Below are positions 1 to 9,328 of a stretch of DNA of 64,000 nucleotides, in pieces. The translations under genes were made by a program, and so were the position numbers. Positions within the stretch are counted from its first letter, which is position 1, and each line of letters begins with the position of its first letter. This DNA comes from Patescibacteria group bacterium UBA926. Lineage in GTDB: Bacteria > Patescibacteriota > Doudnabacteria > UBA920. The notes below the pieces were generated by a model. It ran no database searches. It had not been told where the DNA came from and saw only the letters and a program-made list of their open reading frames with translations. Location of the stretch: NCBI GenBank assembly GCA_002293685.1, contig DBDS01000006.1, positions 108,867 through 172,866 of the forward strand, read 5' to 3'.

Positions 1-2
1 TC

Positions 3-743
3 TATAATTCAGATAATGCGGAACTAGTAAAACTTGTTCATGAATCAAATCTTGGTTCAATAAGTTTTGCGTTAGACACAGATTCAGATTTTACGGCAAC
101 AGAAATTCAAACAACTAATGACTACACAAAGTTTTTAGTTAAACGCCGTGGTGACTTTCCTTCGGAAGAATATAAGATTACAGCATTTGGCAGAATTAAT
201 GTTTACAATGCTCTGGGACCAATCGCTCTACTTCGGACACTAGGCTTCTCAATTGAACAGGTGCAAAGTGGTTTAGATAACTATGAAGGAATAAAAAGAC
301 GCTTTGAGTATATTGGTCAGCATAGTTCTGGAGCAAAAGTATTCGATGATTATGCACACCATCCAACTGCTGTTAAAGAAACTTTAGCAACAGCAAGGCT
401 TCGTTTCCCTGACAGCAAGATTTGGGCTATCTTCGAACCTCATACTTTCAGCAGAACTGAAGCAGTGATTAACGAAATTAGTGAATCATTTATTGACGCT
501 AATGAGGTTCTAATATCTGAGATATATCCTGCTAGAGAACGAAAAACAGAAACTAGCATAACAGGAGAAACTGTTGTTAAACATATCTCAAAACACACCC
601 CAAATGTTAAGCTCATTCAGAATAAAGAAGAAGCTTTGCAGATATTGAATGCTGAATTATCAAAAAATGATGTCGTCATTATTATGGCAGTTGGGGATTT
701 CAATACTTTGGCGCAAAAACTAACCAACACTTATGCAGCTTAA
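3..743 (+). CDS. murC: UDP-N-acetylmuramate--L-alanine ligase, C-terminal part (gene begins before the window)
   Basis: Frame is open from position 3; motifs RRFE, DDYAHHPT and FEPHTFSRT; directly upstream of murB. Confidence 0.85.
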   Translation, partial: YNSDNAELVKLVHESNLGSISFALDTDSDFTATEIQTTNDYTKFLVKRRGDFPSEEYKITAFGRINVYNALGPIALLRTLGFSIEQVQSGLDNYEGIKRRFEYIGQHSSGAKVFDDYAHHPTAVKETLATARLRFPDSKIWAIFEPHTFSRTEAVINEISESFIDANEVLISEIYPARERKTETSITGETVVKHISKHTPNVKLIQNKEEALQILNAELSKNDVVIIMAVGDFNTLAQKLTNTYAA

Positions 744-1827
744 AAAGAATGCATTATTATCCCCATACACAACGTTCTATATCGGTGGGCCAAGCCGATA
801 TTTGATTTTCGGACAGGATGTCGGTGAACTTATTGAAGCTGTAGAATTTGCAAAGGATAAGAACTTACCTTTGTTAATTTTTGGTGGAGGCAGTAATTTA
901 TTAGTTTCAGATTCCGGATTCGATGGTGTCGCGATAAGATTAGAAAATATTGGGATGGATATTGTTAATGAGACAGATGAAGAAGTTCAGCTTTCTGTGG
1001 ATAGTGGAGAAGTTTGGGATGATGTAGTTCGATTCGCCTGTGAAGAAAAATGGTGGGGAATTGAAAATCTATCTCATATCCCAGGTTTTAGCGGAGCATT
1101 TTCTGTTCAGAATGTCGGTGCTTACGGGCAGGAAGCAAGTGGTGTAGTGGTGAGCGTAGAAGTTTATGATTTGCAAGATAATGTAATAAAGACTTTAAAT
1201 TACGATGAACTTAAGTTCGGCTATCGAAAAAGTATTTTTAACACAACTGAAAAGAATCGATATGTAATTCTCAGCACTACATTAAGACTCCAAAAGAATG
1301 GTGAGCCAAACTTAAGTTATGGAGACTTAGCTGATAGATTTAAAAATTTAACTCCGACCATTCAAGAAATTCGAGATGCAATAATCGAAATTCGAAATCA
1401 AAAGTTTCCATTCCCATCTGAACCAACAAAAGGAAATAGTGGTTCATTTTTCCGTGGACCGATTCTAAGTGATAAAGATTTCGAGCTAATGCAAATAAAG
1501 TTAAGCGAAACCTTAGGACATGATTCTTTGGAAAAATTGGAAAAGATGAAATCTAGACTCAAAGTTTCGCAAGGTTATAAAACACCCACAGCCTTTTTGA
1601 TTGAAAACTGTGTGGGAAAAGAGTTAGTCGTCGGTGGTGCAAAAATCAATCCAAATCAACCTGCCATCATCCTAAATTATTCAGGCCAAGCTACTTCAAC
1701 TGAAGTTTTATCATTATACAAGCAAGTTTCAAGTGCAGTTTTTGAACAGACTGGGGTTAGACTAGAAATAGAGCCTGAGTTAATTGGCTTTACTAAGGGG
1801 GAATTGGCCGAGTACGGAGTTTCCTAG
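733..1827 (+). CDS. murB: UDP-N-acetylenolpyruvoylglucosamine reductase
   Basis: GGGSNLL, IPG-x-SGA-x-SVQNVGAYG, FGYRKSIF, GNSGSFF and terminal LEIEP motifs. Confidence 0.95.
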   Translation: MQLKKNALLSPYTTFYIGGPSRYLIFGQDVGELIEAVEFAKDKNLPLLIFGGGSNLLVSDSGFDGVAIRLENIGMDIVNETDEEVQLSVDSGEVWDDVVRFACEEKWWGIENLSHIPGFSGAFSVQNVGAYGQEASGVVVSVEVYDLQDNVIKTLNYDELKFGYRKSIFNTTEKNRYVILSTTLRLQKNGEPNLSYGDLADRFKNLTPTIQEIRDAIIEIRNQKFPFPSEPTKGNSGSFFRGPILSDKDFELMQIKLSETLGHDSLEKLEKMKSRLKVSQGYKTPTAFLIENCVGKELVVGGAKINPNQPAIILNYSGQATSTEVLSLYKQVSSAVFEQTGVRLEIEPELIGFTKGELAEYGVS

Positions 1828-1862
1828 ACCTCAAGTGCTATAATGAGTGTAGAAAGGAAAAT

Positions 1863-2207
1863 ATGAACATCAATATAAAAGCTACCAATACAACGTTAAC
1901 CCCGTCAATTAAAAGTAACGTCGAAAGCAAACTTTCTGTGATTGAAAAATTTACTCGCCCTGAAGATGTGATTTATGTAGAACTAGCTGAGGACACCCAT
2001 CACCAGAGCGGAATGTTCTTCAGAGTCGATATTCAGATTAGCCCACATGGAGTTTATGCAGATGCAAACGGTAATGATTTTTATGAAGCCTTAGATTTGG
2101 TTATTCCAAAAATTCAAACTCAGCTCACGAAAAGTAAAGATAAAAAAATCAGCCTTCGGAGAAGGCTGGGTAATGTGATTCGCGGTTTTAAGCGCAGTGA
2201 TGATTAA
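1863..2207 (+). CDS. hpf: Ribosome hibernation promoting factor (HPF/RaiA family)
   Basis: MNINIKATN...LTPSIK start and DFYEALDLV motif; typical position upstream of secA. Confidence 0.85.
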   Translation: MNINIKATNTTLTPSIKSNVESKLSVIEKFTRPEDVIYVELAEDTHHQSGMFFRVDIQISPHGVYADANGNDFYEALDLVIPKIQTQLTKSKDKKISLRRRLGNVIRGFKRSDD

Positions 2208-2488
2208 TGGAAGACACCTTTGCGGAAGAAAAATTGAATTCTGTCACGAATTTGTTCGCGAATTCCATCTTGATCTTCAAGAGTCTTGTTAATTTCGACT
2301 GGTAAAGTCGAGTACTCTAGGACATATCTCAAAGTTTCAGAGATATCTGTTCTATCTCTGGGTGGCAATCCTCCGAATATGGTCTTCGCTACAGTAGGTT
2401 CAAGGGCTACGAAAGCTGTGACTTTGCCAGATATGTCTGGTGCTTTCACAATTCTTTCACGGCATTTACTGATATCTTCAGATAACAT
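2204..2488 (-). CDS. Hypothetical protein (probable start ATG 2488; ORF track extends it to 2551)
   Basis: ORF with upstream GGAGG on the minus strand; no recognisable motif. Confidence 0.45.
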   Translation of the reverse strand: MLSEDISKCRERIVKAPDISGKVTAFVALEPTVAKTIFGGLPPRDRTDISETLRYVLEYSTLPVEINKTLEDQDGIREQIRDRIQFFFRKGVFH

Positions 2489-2517
2489 ATTTCCTCCAAA
2501 ATAAGTAATAGAATAGC

Positions 2518-2546
2518 TTGGCGAAAGCCAAGCTTTCCAGTATAAT
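2518..2546 (+). promoter_or_regulatory. Putative sigma70 promoter of secA
   Basis: TTGGCG-17 nt-TATAAT upstream of ATG 2570. Confidence 0.5.
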
Positions 2547-2569
2547 AGCACAGTATCTAAAATAAATCT

Positions 2570-5308
2570 ATGTCAATATTTAGTAAATTATTCAACTTCT
2601 CTTCTGGCGGTGGTTTGGGAAAATACCAATCAGAATTGGGTGTAATCAATGGCCTAGCAGAAGAAGTTTCTGCTTTATCCGATGACCAAATCCGCGCAGA
2701 AATTCAGGGTTTTAAAGATGAATTAAAATCCATTCAAGATGAGAGTAAGGTATTCAAGAAGTTAATAGAAATTCGTCCTCGCGTATTTGCACTAACTAGA
2801 GAAGCATCTAAACGAGCTCGTGGGCAATTTCATTACGACGTTCAAGTAATCGGCGGTTTGGTTTTATCGGAAGGACGTATTGCTGAGATGAAAACTGGTG
2901 AAGGTAAAACATTAACAGCAACTTTGCCGTTAGTCTTGTTTGCTTTGGCTGGACGTGGTACCCATTTGGTTACAGTTAATGATTACTTGGCTAGATGGCA
3001 GGCAAGCGACATGGGAAAGGTTTATGCTTTTCTTGGTTTATCTGTTGCAAGTATTCAACATGAAGCTTCGTTTCTATACGACGAATCCTATCAACCGGAG
3101 CAGGAAGAAATTGATGAAATCGAAGCGGGTACTCAGGGTTTAACTTTGGACGTGAAGCACATGAGACCGGTGCCAAGACAGGAAGCTTATCGAGCCGATA
3201 TCACATACGGAACAAACAATGAGTATGGATTTGATTATCTTCGCGATAATATGGTTCAAAGTGTGGATCAACTAAGACAACGCGATTTGTTTTATGCAAT
3301 TGTAGACGAAGTTGACAGCATTCTAATTGATGAAGCTCGGACTCCATTGATAATTTCCCAACCAGACTCTGAACCAACAGATAAGTATTATCAATTTTCT
3401 AAGATGGTAGACAAACTTCAAGATAAAGAAGATTATACTATTGATGAAAAACATAAAGCTGCCAGTTTGACTGATGACGGAATCACTAAAGTAGAAAAAA
3501 TTCTTAATGTCCAAAACATTTACGACACAAGCGCTGGTGTAACAACATTACATCATATTGAACAAGCTCTCCGTGCAAAAACTTTGTACAAGCGTGATCG
3601 CGATTACGTTATCCGTGATGGCGAAGTTGTCATTGTAGATGAATTCACAGGTCGGCTGATGTTTGGTCGACGTTACAGTCAAGGTTTACACCAAGCGATT
3701 GAAGCGAAAGAAAATGTAAAGATTCAACAAGAAAGTAAAACGTTAGCAACAATCACTTTCCAAAACTTATTCAGACTTTATTCCAGACTTTCTGGTATGA
3801 CCGGTACTGCTAAAACTGAAGAAGAAGAATTTTTCAAAATCTATCAGCTGGAAGTTACACAAATTCCTACCAATCAACCAATGGTTCGTATCGATCAATC
3901 CGATTTAGTATTTAAAAATGAACCAGGAAAATTTGCGGCAATTGCCAGAGATGTAAAAGAGCGTCATAAGAAAGGACAACCGGTTTTAATCGGTACAGTT
4001 AGTATTGCCAAAAATGAGTTGTTAGCAGAAGAACTCAAAAGAGCGGGCATTCCATTTGAAGTATTGAACGCTAAGAACCATGAACGTGAAGCGCAGATTA
4101 TCGCCCAAGCAGGAAGTTTTGGTGCAGTTACTGTTGCGACAAACATTGCTGGCCGTGGTGTAGATATTCTGCTCGGTGGAAATCCAGTTGATAAAGAAGA
4201 GGCTGAGCGCGTGCGTGAGGCCGGTGGATTAGCTGTAATCGGTACAGAACGTCATGAATCACGCCGCATCGACAATCAGCTACGTGGACGTTCCGGACGT
4301 CAGGGTGACCCAGGTTCAAGCCAATTTTACGTTTCCATGGAAGATGACTTGATGCGTTTGTTTGGTGGAGCTCGCATGCAAGGCATGATGGAAACTCTAA
4401 AGATTCCAGACGACCAACCAATCGAAGCGAAAATGATTTCGCGTTCAATTGAATCAGCTCAAAAGAAAATTGAAGGTCTTAACTTTGATACTCGTAAAAG
4501 TGTTCTTGAATTTGATGATGTCTTAAATCATCAACGTAAGAAAATTTATTCCCGTCGTCGCAAATATTTATCTGGAACTAAAGATCAGGAACCAATTAAA
4601 GGTGAGATTTTAGAATCACTTAAATCTAGACTTGCTGAAATTACTTCTGTTCATTTCGGGAACCTTGATTTCAAAGAAGCGTTAGAGCAAATTTCACTGG
4701 AAGCCAGTGCGATATTGCCAAATCTAACTGATGAAGTTAAAAATCAAATTTTTGAACGAACAACTTCCGCTGCAGACAGCGAGTTTGTAGTTTTAGATGA
4801 GCTTAATAAGTTGGCTGATGAAGCTATGGAGTCAAAGAGTAAAGAGATTGGTGAAGAGCTCTACGAAAATATTCTTCGTTCCATTACACTTCAAGCGATT
4901 GATAGACTTTGGATGGAACATTTGGACACTATGGACCACTTGCGTGACTCGGTTCGTTTGCGAGGTTACGGTATGCGTGACCCATTAGTTGAGTATAAAA
5001 AAGAAGGTCACTTATTATTCCAACGGCTGTTATCAGAAATCGATCAACAGATTTTAGGTGCTGCTTTAAGAATCGGTGTTGAAACTCATACGGACGACAA
5101 GGGTCAACAACACCATCATGCTACCATTAATATGACTGGTGGTTCAACCAACAATTCTGCACCTACAGCTGTAGCTGAGCAAAAAGATCCACGTGCGGGT
5201 GACATCGGCCGTAACGATCCGTGTTTCTGTGGTAGCGGTAAAAAGTATAAGAAGTGTGGCTTGCTGAATACGGCAGAACACATTAAAAACTTAGGAAAAA
5301 TCACATAA
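2570..5308 (+). CDS. secA: Preprotein translocase ATPase SecA; the last ~19 codons are prophage-derived
   Basis: MKTGEGKT, DEVDSILIDEARTPLIIS, GTERHESRRIDNQLRGRSGRQGDPG and SEC-C motif GRNDPCFCGSGKKYKKC. Confidence 0.98.
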   Translation: MSIFSKLFNFSSGGGLGKYQSELGVINGLAEEVSALSDDQIRAEIQGFKDELKSIQDESKVFKKLIEIRPRVFALTREASKRARGQFHYDVQVIGGLVLSEGRIAEMKTGEGKTLTATLPLVLFALAGRGTHLVTVNDYLARWQASDMGKVYAFLGLSVASIQHEASFLYDESYQPEQEEIDEIEAGTQGLTLDVKHMRPVPRQEAYRADITYGTNNEYGFDYLRDNMVQSVDQLRQRDLFYAIVDEVDSILIDEARTPLIISQPDSEPTDKYYQFSKMVDKLQDKEDYTIDEKHKAASLTDDGITKVEKILNVQNIYDTSAGVTTLHHIEQALRAKTLYKRDRDYVIRDGEVVIVDEFTGRLMFGRRYSQGLHQAIEAKENVKIQQESKTLATITFQNLFRLYSRLSGMTGTAKTEEEEFFKIYQLEVTQIPTNQPMVRIDQSDLVFKNEPGKFAAIARDVKERHKKGQPVLIGTVSIAKNELLAEELKRAGIPFEVLNAKNHEREAQIIAQAGSFGAVTVATNIAGRGVDILLGGNPVDKEEAERVREAGGLAVIGTERHESRRIDNQLRGRSGRQGDPGSSQFYVSMEDDLMRLFGGARMQGMMETLKIPDDQPIEAKMISRSIESAQKKIEGLNFDTRKSVLEFDDVLNHQRKKIYSRRRKYLSGTKDQEPIKGEILESLKSRLAEITSVHFGNLDFKEALEQISLEASAILPNLTDEVKNQIFERTTSAADSEFVVLDELNKLADEAMESKSKEIGEELYENILRSITLQAIDRLWMEHLDTMDHLRDSVRLRGYGMRDPLVEYKKEGHLLFQRLLSEIDQQILGAALRIGVETHTDDKGQQHHHATINMTGGSTNNSAPTAVAEQKDPRAGDIGRNDPCFCGSGKKYKKCGLLNTAEHIKNLGKIT
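5239..5250 (+). repeat. attL core (TAAAAAGTATAA, imperfect similarity continues to ~5262)
   Basis: Identical to 36449-36460; lies in the secA KKY codons. Confidence 0.9.
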
Positions 5309-5331
5309 CACCCAAATAAGACTAAAAGGTT

Positions 5332-5356
5332 AAACCCTGCGAAAGCAGGGTTTTTT
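5332..5356 (+). terminator. Phage-supplied intrinsic terminator after secA
   Basis: AAACCCTGC-GAAA-GCAGGGTTT followed by a T run. Confidence 0.85.
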
Positions 5357-5431
5357 AATTGCCTTAAAAGGTCGCGGCGCCCTAGCCGACAATAGGGATT
5401 ATAAGAGCGTATATCTAACCAAAAAACAAAA

Positions 5432-5551
5432 ATGCTAAAAACAATTTTATACATAGTGTTGGCAATAGTAGCTGTGTATATCCTGTGGCAAATTGCCACC
5501 TACGACTGGTGCCAAGTATGGTACGGCATAAAATGTATGCCCCCGTACTAG
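5432..5551 (+). CDS. Small single-TM phage protein, 39 aa (MLKTILYIVLAIVAVYILWQIATYDWCQVWYGIKCMPPY)
   Basis: Translated by hand; hydrophobic N-terminal segment; A-rich leader like other phage genes; below the ORF-track cutoff. Confidence 0.55.
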   Translation: MLKTILYIVLAIVAVYILWQIATYDWCQVWYGIKCMPPY

Positions 5552-5679
5552 GACATACAGCCAGTAGTTAGTCAATTAAAACAAAAACAAAATGAAAACT
5601 AAATATATCAAGATTACCTACTTTGACAGCCCGTATAAAAAATTTATACCGCAGCCAAAGACCAAGAGAGCAAAGAACC

Positions 5680-5907
5680 ATGGACAACGCAAATAAAGCA
5701 AGTTTGAGCCAACAAAGCCGTTTGCTAGAAATTCTACACAAGTATTGCCCTGAGTATTACGACTATAACGATAGCCGCATGTGGGATTTTACGGAAACAC
5801 TAACTAAGCGGCATGCCAGCGAACTCATTACCGATTATTACGACGGCAAGGTTGATAGGCTCAAAGCTGAATTTTATCAATTTATTAAAGAGAGAAAAGA
5901 ACAATGA
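5680..5907 (+). CDS. Hypothetical phage protein
   Basis: ORF 5623..5907 with likely ATG at 5680; ATGA overlap with the next gene. Confidence 0.65.
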   Translation: MDNANKASLSQQSRLLEILHKYCPEYYDYNDSRMWDFTETLTKRHASELITDYYDGKVDRLKAEFYQFIKERKEQ

Positions 5908-6941
5908 ACCAAGTAACTACAGGCGCAATTGTGTTTAGAAAAGCTGAACGCAAACGCGCAAAAGCACGCATAGCATTATGCGCCCCAGCTGGCGGGGGGA
6001 AAACCCACAGCGCCCTACTCATTGCCAAGGGCTTAGGCGGCAAAATCGCAGTAATTGACACTGAGAACGGCAGCGCGGAACTTGAGGCAGGCAAGCCTAA
6101 TATCCCTGAGTTTGATGTTATCACCATGCACGCGCCGTTTGACCCGATTAAGTATATTGCCGCAATTGACGCAGCGGAAAAAGCGGGCTACGACATTGTG
6201 ATTATTGACAGCCTTACCCACGCATGGGCAGGCACAGGCGGTTTGCTTGATAAGGTAGACACCATTAGCAAGGCAAGCAAAAGCGGCAATTCCTACACAG
6301 CATGGCGTGATGTTACCCCATTGCACAACAAGCTGGTAGACAAAATGCTGCAAAGCACCTGCCACATTATTGCAACCATGCGCAGCAAAACTGACTATGT
6401 GCTGGAAACCAACAGCAAAGGCGGCATGACCCCTAAGAAAGTTGGATTAGCGCCAGTGCAGCGCGAGGGCATGGACTATGAATTTACGGTTGTATTGGAC
6501 ATTGACCAGTCAAGCCATGTGGCTACTGCCACCAAAGACCGCACCAGTTTGTTTGACGGCGCACCATTTGTGCCAAGCCCTGACACTGGGGAAATTTTGC
6601 TTAACTGGTTTAACAGCGGAAAAGCTGAGGAAATGCCAGCCACCCCTGAACCTACCGCACCAGCCGAACAGCCAGCGCAAACGGAAACCGAACCGCAGGC
6701 AGAACCCGAAAAGCCAAAGCCGACTGTAGCACCATTAACTGAACGGGCAACAATTACCCAGCTGGACGAACTTAGAAAGGTAGCGTTAGACACTGCCGCA
6801 GTAAAGGACGACGAAAACCTAGTTAAGTGGATAAGCCTAATGTTTAATGTTGAGGTTAAAAAAGTAACTGACTTAAGCGCAGCCCAAGTTAAGGAAATTA
6901 TGGACGCGGTTAAAGCACTAGACGAGGCACCAAATGTCTAA
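5904..6941 (+). CDS. AAA_24 / Sak4-like phage recombination ATPase
   Basis: Walker A APAGGGKT, IDTENGS, Walker B IIDSLTHAW, QREGMDYEF. Confidence 0.85.
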   Translation: MNQVTTGAIVFRKAERKRAKARIALCAPAGGGKTHSALLIAKGLGGKIAVIDTENGSAELEAGKPNIPEFDVITMHAPFDPIKYIAAIDAAEKAGYDIVIIDSLTHAWAGTGGLLDKVDTISKASKSGNSYTAWRDVTPLHNKLVDKMLQSTCHIIATMRSKTDYVLETNSKGGMTPKKVGLAPVQREGMDYEFTVVLDIDQSSHVATATKDRTSLFDGAPFVPSPDTGEILLNWFNSGKAEEMPATPEPTAPAEQPAQTETEPQAEPEKPKPTVAPLTERATITQLDELRKVALDTAAVKDDENLVKWISLMFNVEVKKVTDLSAAQVKEIMDAVKALDEAPNV

Positions 6942-7377
6942 CGAAATTACTAGCATTACTGGCGAAAAGTTAACCCCTGAAAGCGTAGTAGGGCAGATAG
7001 TGGAACTGGAAAATGAGGCAGCCACCCACAGTGCCAAAGCAAGAGAGGTGCAGGCAAAGGCTGACGAACTGCGCAAAAAACTGGTAGACACCTTGATGTT
7101 GCTGGGGATTGAAAGCGTACGGCATGCCAGCGGTTATACAGCAACAGTTGCTCATAAAACCGCCTATAAATTACCTACTGCTGATGTGCTGATTGAAAAG
7201 CTGAAAGCTAACAAGCTCAACAACTTTATTAGCAAAGTGCCAGCGCATGAGGAACCTAACACCACATTGCTTACCACTTGGCTAAAGGAAAAAGCGCCTA
7301 ACGATATTGCGCAAATGTTTGGCGACGCAGTGCAAATTAAACAAACTGAGTTTTTGCAACTTAGAAAAGCAAAATAA
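6934..7377 (+). CDS. Gp157/Gam-like coiled-coil phage protein
   Basis: N-terminal coiled coil, position beside the Sak4-like gene, C-terminal TEFLQLRK pattern. Confidence 0.5.
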   Translation: MSNEITSITGEKLTPESVVGQIVELENEAATHSAKAREVQAKADELRKKLVDTLMLLGIESVRHASGYTATVAHKTAYKLPTADVLIEKLKANKLNNFISKVPAHEEPNTTLLTTWLKEKAPNDIAQMFGDAVQIKQTEFLQLRKAK

Positions 7378-7392
7378 TAAAGGATTAAACCA

Positions 7393-7662
7393 ATGATAAA
7401 AAAATATCAAGTATTAGTGCGTGAAGTTTATGAGAGTGAGGAAACGGAAACAATAATTGTGAATGTTAACTCACAGGAAGAAATAGCTAGCTGGAAGTTT
7501 AGCGACTTAACCCCTGAGGAAAAACGGGATTATGTAAAGCAAGAAGTGCCAACTGGTAAAAACAAGTTGGAAATATCCAACAGTGAGTTGTACCAACAAG
7601 TTTTTAATGTAAATGATTTGAAAATTGAGGACTTGGTGCTTTATCTAAACCGCGTTAAGTAG
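7393..7662 (+). CDS. Hypothetical phage protein
   Basis: ORF in a tightly packed early operon. Confidence 0.65.
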   Translation: MIKKYQVLVREVYESEETETIIVNVNSQEEIASWKFSDLTPEEKRDYVKQEVPTGKNKLEISNSELYQQVFNVNDLKIEDLVLYLNRVK

Positions 7663-7772
7663 TTTGGCTGTTGCGCCCTAGCCCGTATTGCGCAAACGGG
7701 TTAGGCATAGTAGCTAAAAATTTTTTAGATACCAAATGAAATAAATCTTAAAAATCGCTGAAAACCAAATCA

Positions 7773-8252
7773 ATGGAAACCTACACAGAAATTAAAACAT
7801 TAAAAGCACAGGTGGAATTTGTACTACAAACCCGCCACGAAACCCGTAACAGCGACGCTGAACTGGTAACGGTGGTTTGCGGGAAATTTGGCTTAGACCC
7901 TATTAAAACAGCCTCAAGCATTGAGCGTTGCCGCAGGTGGTTTAACCAGCGCATGGAATACCTGCCAACTGACGAAAAGATTGCGCACCAGCGAAAAATT
8001 AACATTGAGGAATGGCGGGCGGCAATGGGCTACAAGGCAAGCAAGCTGAACTGGGCGCCGCCAAGCAAGCTGAATGAGCCGATTATAACCCGCGTAAAAA
8101 GCGAAACCTACCCATACAAGGATTATATTATTACCGATTTGGGAACCAGCATAGAGTGTACCTGCCCGCGGTTTACCTACCACAAAACCTGCAAGCATGT
8201 GAAAAAGCGCAGCGAGCAAATCTCATTGTCATTTACCCAGCCATTATTTTAA
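7773..8252 (+). CDS. Phage protein with C-terminal SWIM zinc finger
   Basis: CTCPRFTYHKTCKH = CxC-x(n)-CxH. Confidence 0.7.
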   Translation: METYTEIKTLKAQVEFVLQTRHETRNSDAELVTVVCGKFGLDPIKTASSIERCRRWFNQRMEYLPTDEKIAHQRKINIEEWRAAMGYKASKLNWAPPSKLNEPIITRVKSETYPYKDYIITDLGTSIECTCPRFTYHKTCKHVKKRSEQISLSFTQPLF

Positions 8253-8257
8253 CTGCC

Positions 8258-9217
8258 ATGGGCGAAAAACTACTTATTCCAAATACAACCCAAATACCAA
8301 ACCTAATTTTAGACCATTTGCTGCCAGCGTTAGCGGAACCTGAAACCAAATGTATTTTGTATATTTGCCGCAGAACTTTTGGCTTTGGGAAAAGCAAAGA
8401 CCGCATTAGCCTTAGCCAATTTACGCGCGGAATTAAAACAAAGGACGGGCAAGTGCTAGACCATGGCACTGGGCTTAGCCGCCCAGCAGTAGTTTGGGCA
8501 TTACAGCGATTAGTGGCAGCGGGCGTTATTTACACTGAACAAACTACAAAAGGCAATTTTTTTGAGCTAAACCTGAATTTGAACATAGAGGCTGCGCTAA
8601 AAATCATTAGCGACATGCGCCTACAGCAGAACAAAGAGCGTAAGGAAAAGCCTAAACAGACCACCCTATTTAAAGTAGTTAACCGCGTTAACCAGTTAAC
8701 GCCGTTAACCAAAAGTGGTAAACGCGGTTTACCAAAAGTAGTTAACGAGGTTAACCCACAAAACCAAGAGAAACCAAGTAACAAAACCAAGACTATTGCA
8801 ACCGCTGACGCGGCTGCGACTGTGGATAAAAAACAGCATAAACCACACACAGAATTTATTGAGTTTTGGCATAACACGGTTAAGCAGACTAGAGGAATAA
8901 AGCCACTAATTGCACCTATGGACGGCAAGAACCTAAAGCGTGTGCTGGAAATGAACATACTGACACCCCTGCAATTACAGCAATTAGCTATTTATTTCCT
9001 AGCCCACGGTAGTTTTAAGAGTTTTAACCCCAGCATATCTGTACTGCTCAGTAACGGCATACTCAATGGACTTATGAACCGTATGCAGAATGACCCGAAC
9101 TTTTGGCGGGAACTTGATAGCTTTTCTACCCATTACTTACGGCAACCTAGCAAAAACAACCACGCCTTGGTCGGTAGGCTGGCAGAACTTAAAGCAAAGT
9201 TGTTTGTAATGAAGTAA
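8258..9217 (+). CDS. Phage replication initiator (lambda O-like N-terminal wHTH)
   Basis: TTQIPNLILD...LYICRRTFGFGKSKDRISLSQF...TGLSRPAV; internal iterons; likely start ATG 8258. Confidence 0.8.
   Translation: MGEKLLIPNTTQIPNLILDHLLPALAEPETKCILYICRRTFGFGKSKDRISLSQFTRGIKTKDGQVLDHGTGLSRPAVVWALQRLVAAGVIYTEQTTKGNFFELNLNLNIEAALKIISDMRLQQNKERKEKPKQTTLFKVVNRVNQLTPLTKSGKRGLPKVVNEVNPQNQEKPSNKTKTIATADAAATVDKKQHKPHTEFIEFWHNTVKQTRGIKPLIAPMDGKNLKRVLEMNILTPLQLQQLAIYFLAHGSFKSFNPSISVLLSNGILNGLMNRMQNDPNFWRELDSFSTHYLRQPSKNNHALVGRLAELKAKLFVMK
8678..8755. repeat. Putative phage replication origin: four GTTAAC-N3-GTTAAC-type palindromic iterons
   Basis: Units at 8678-8692, 8695-8709, 8718-8732 (GTAAAC-GCG-GTTTAC) and 8741-8755, followed by three AAACCAAG repeats. 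Confidence 0.75.
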
Positions 9218-9328
9218 ATTAACCGCTTGCGCATTTAACTGGCTACCTTAGCAGGTTTTTCTCTTAGAGGGGGTTTTACCCGCTGGGGTGGCTGTATAAA
9301 TGCGTGAGCAGAAAACAAAAACAAAAAT

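Noticed and set aside
5116-5499. 127-aa minus-strand ORF spanning attL, and the 87-aa ORF 36427-36690 spanning attR
   Set aside because: Both overlap secA or udg in antisense and cross terminator or att sequence; no recognisable protein features.
8678-8791. Short repeats considered as a CRISPR array
   Set aside because: Units are 15 bp with 2-8 bp gaps inside a coding gene, and no cas genes are present; better explained as iterons.
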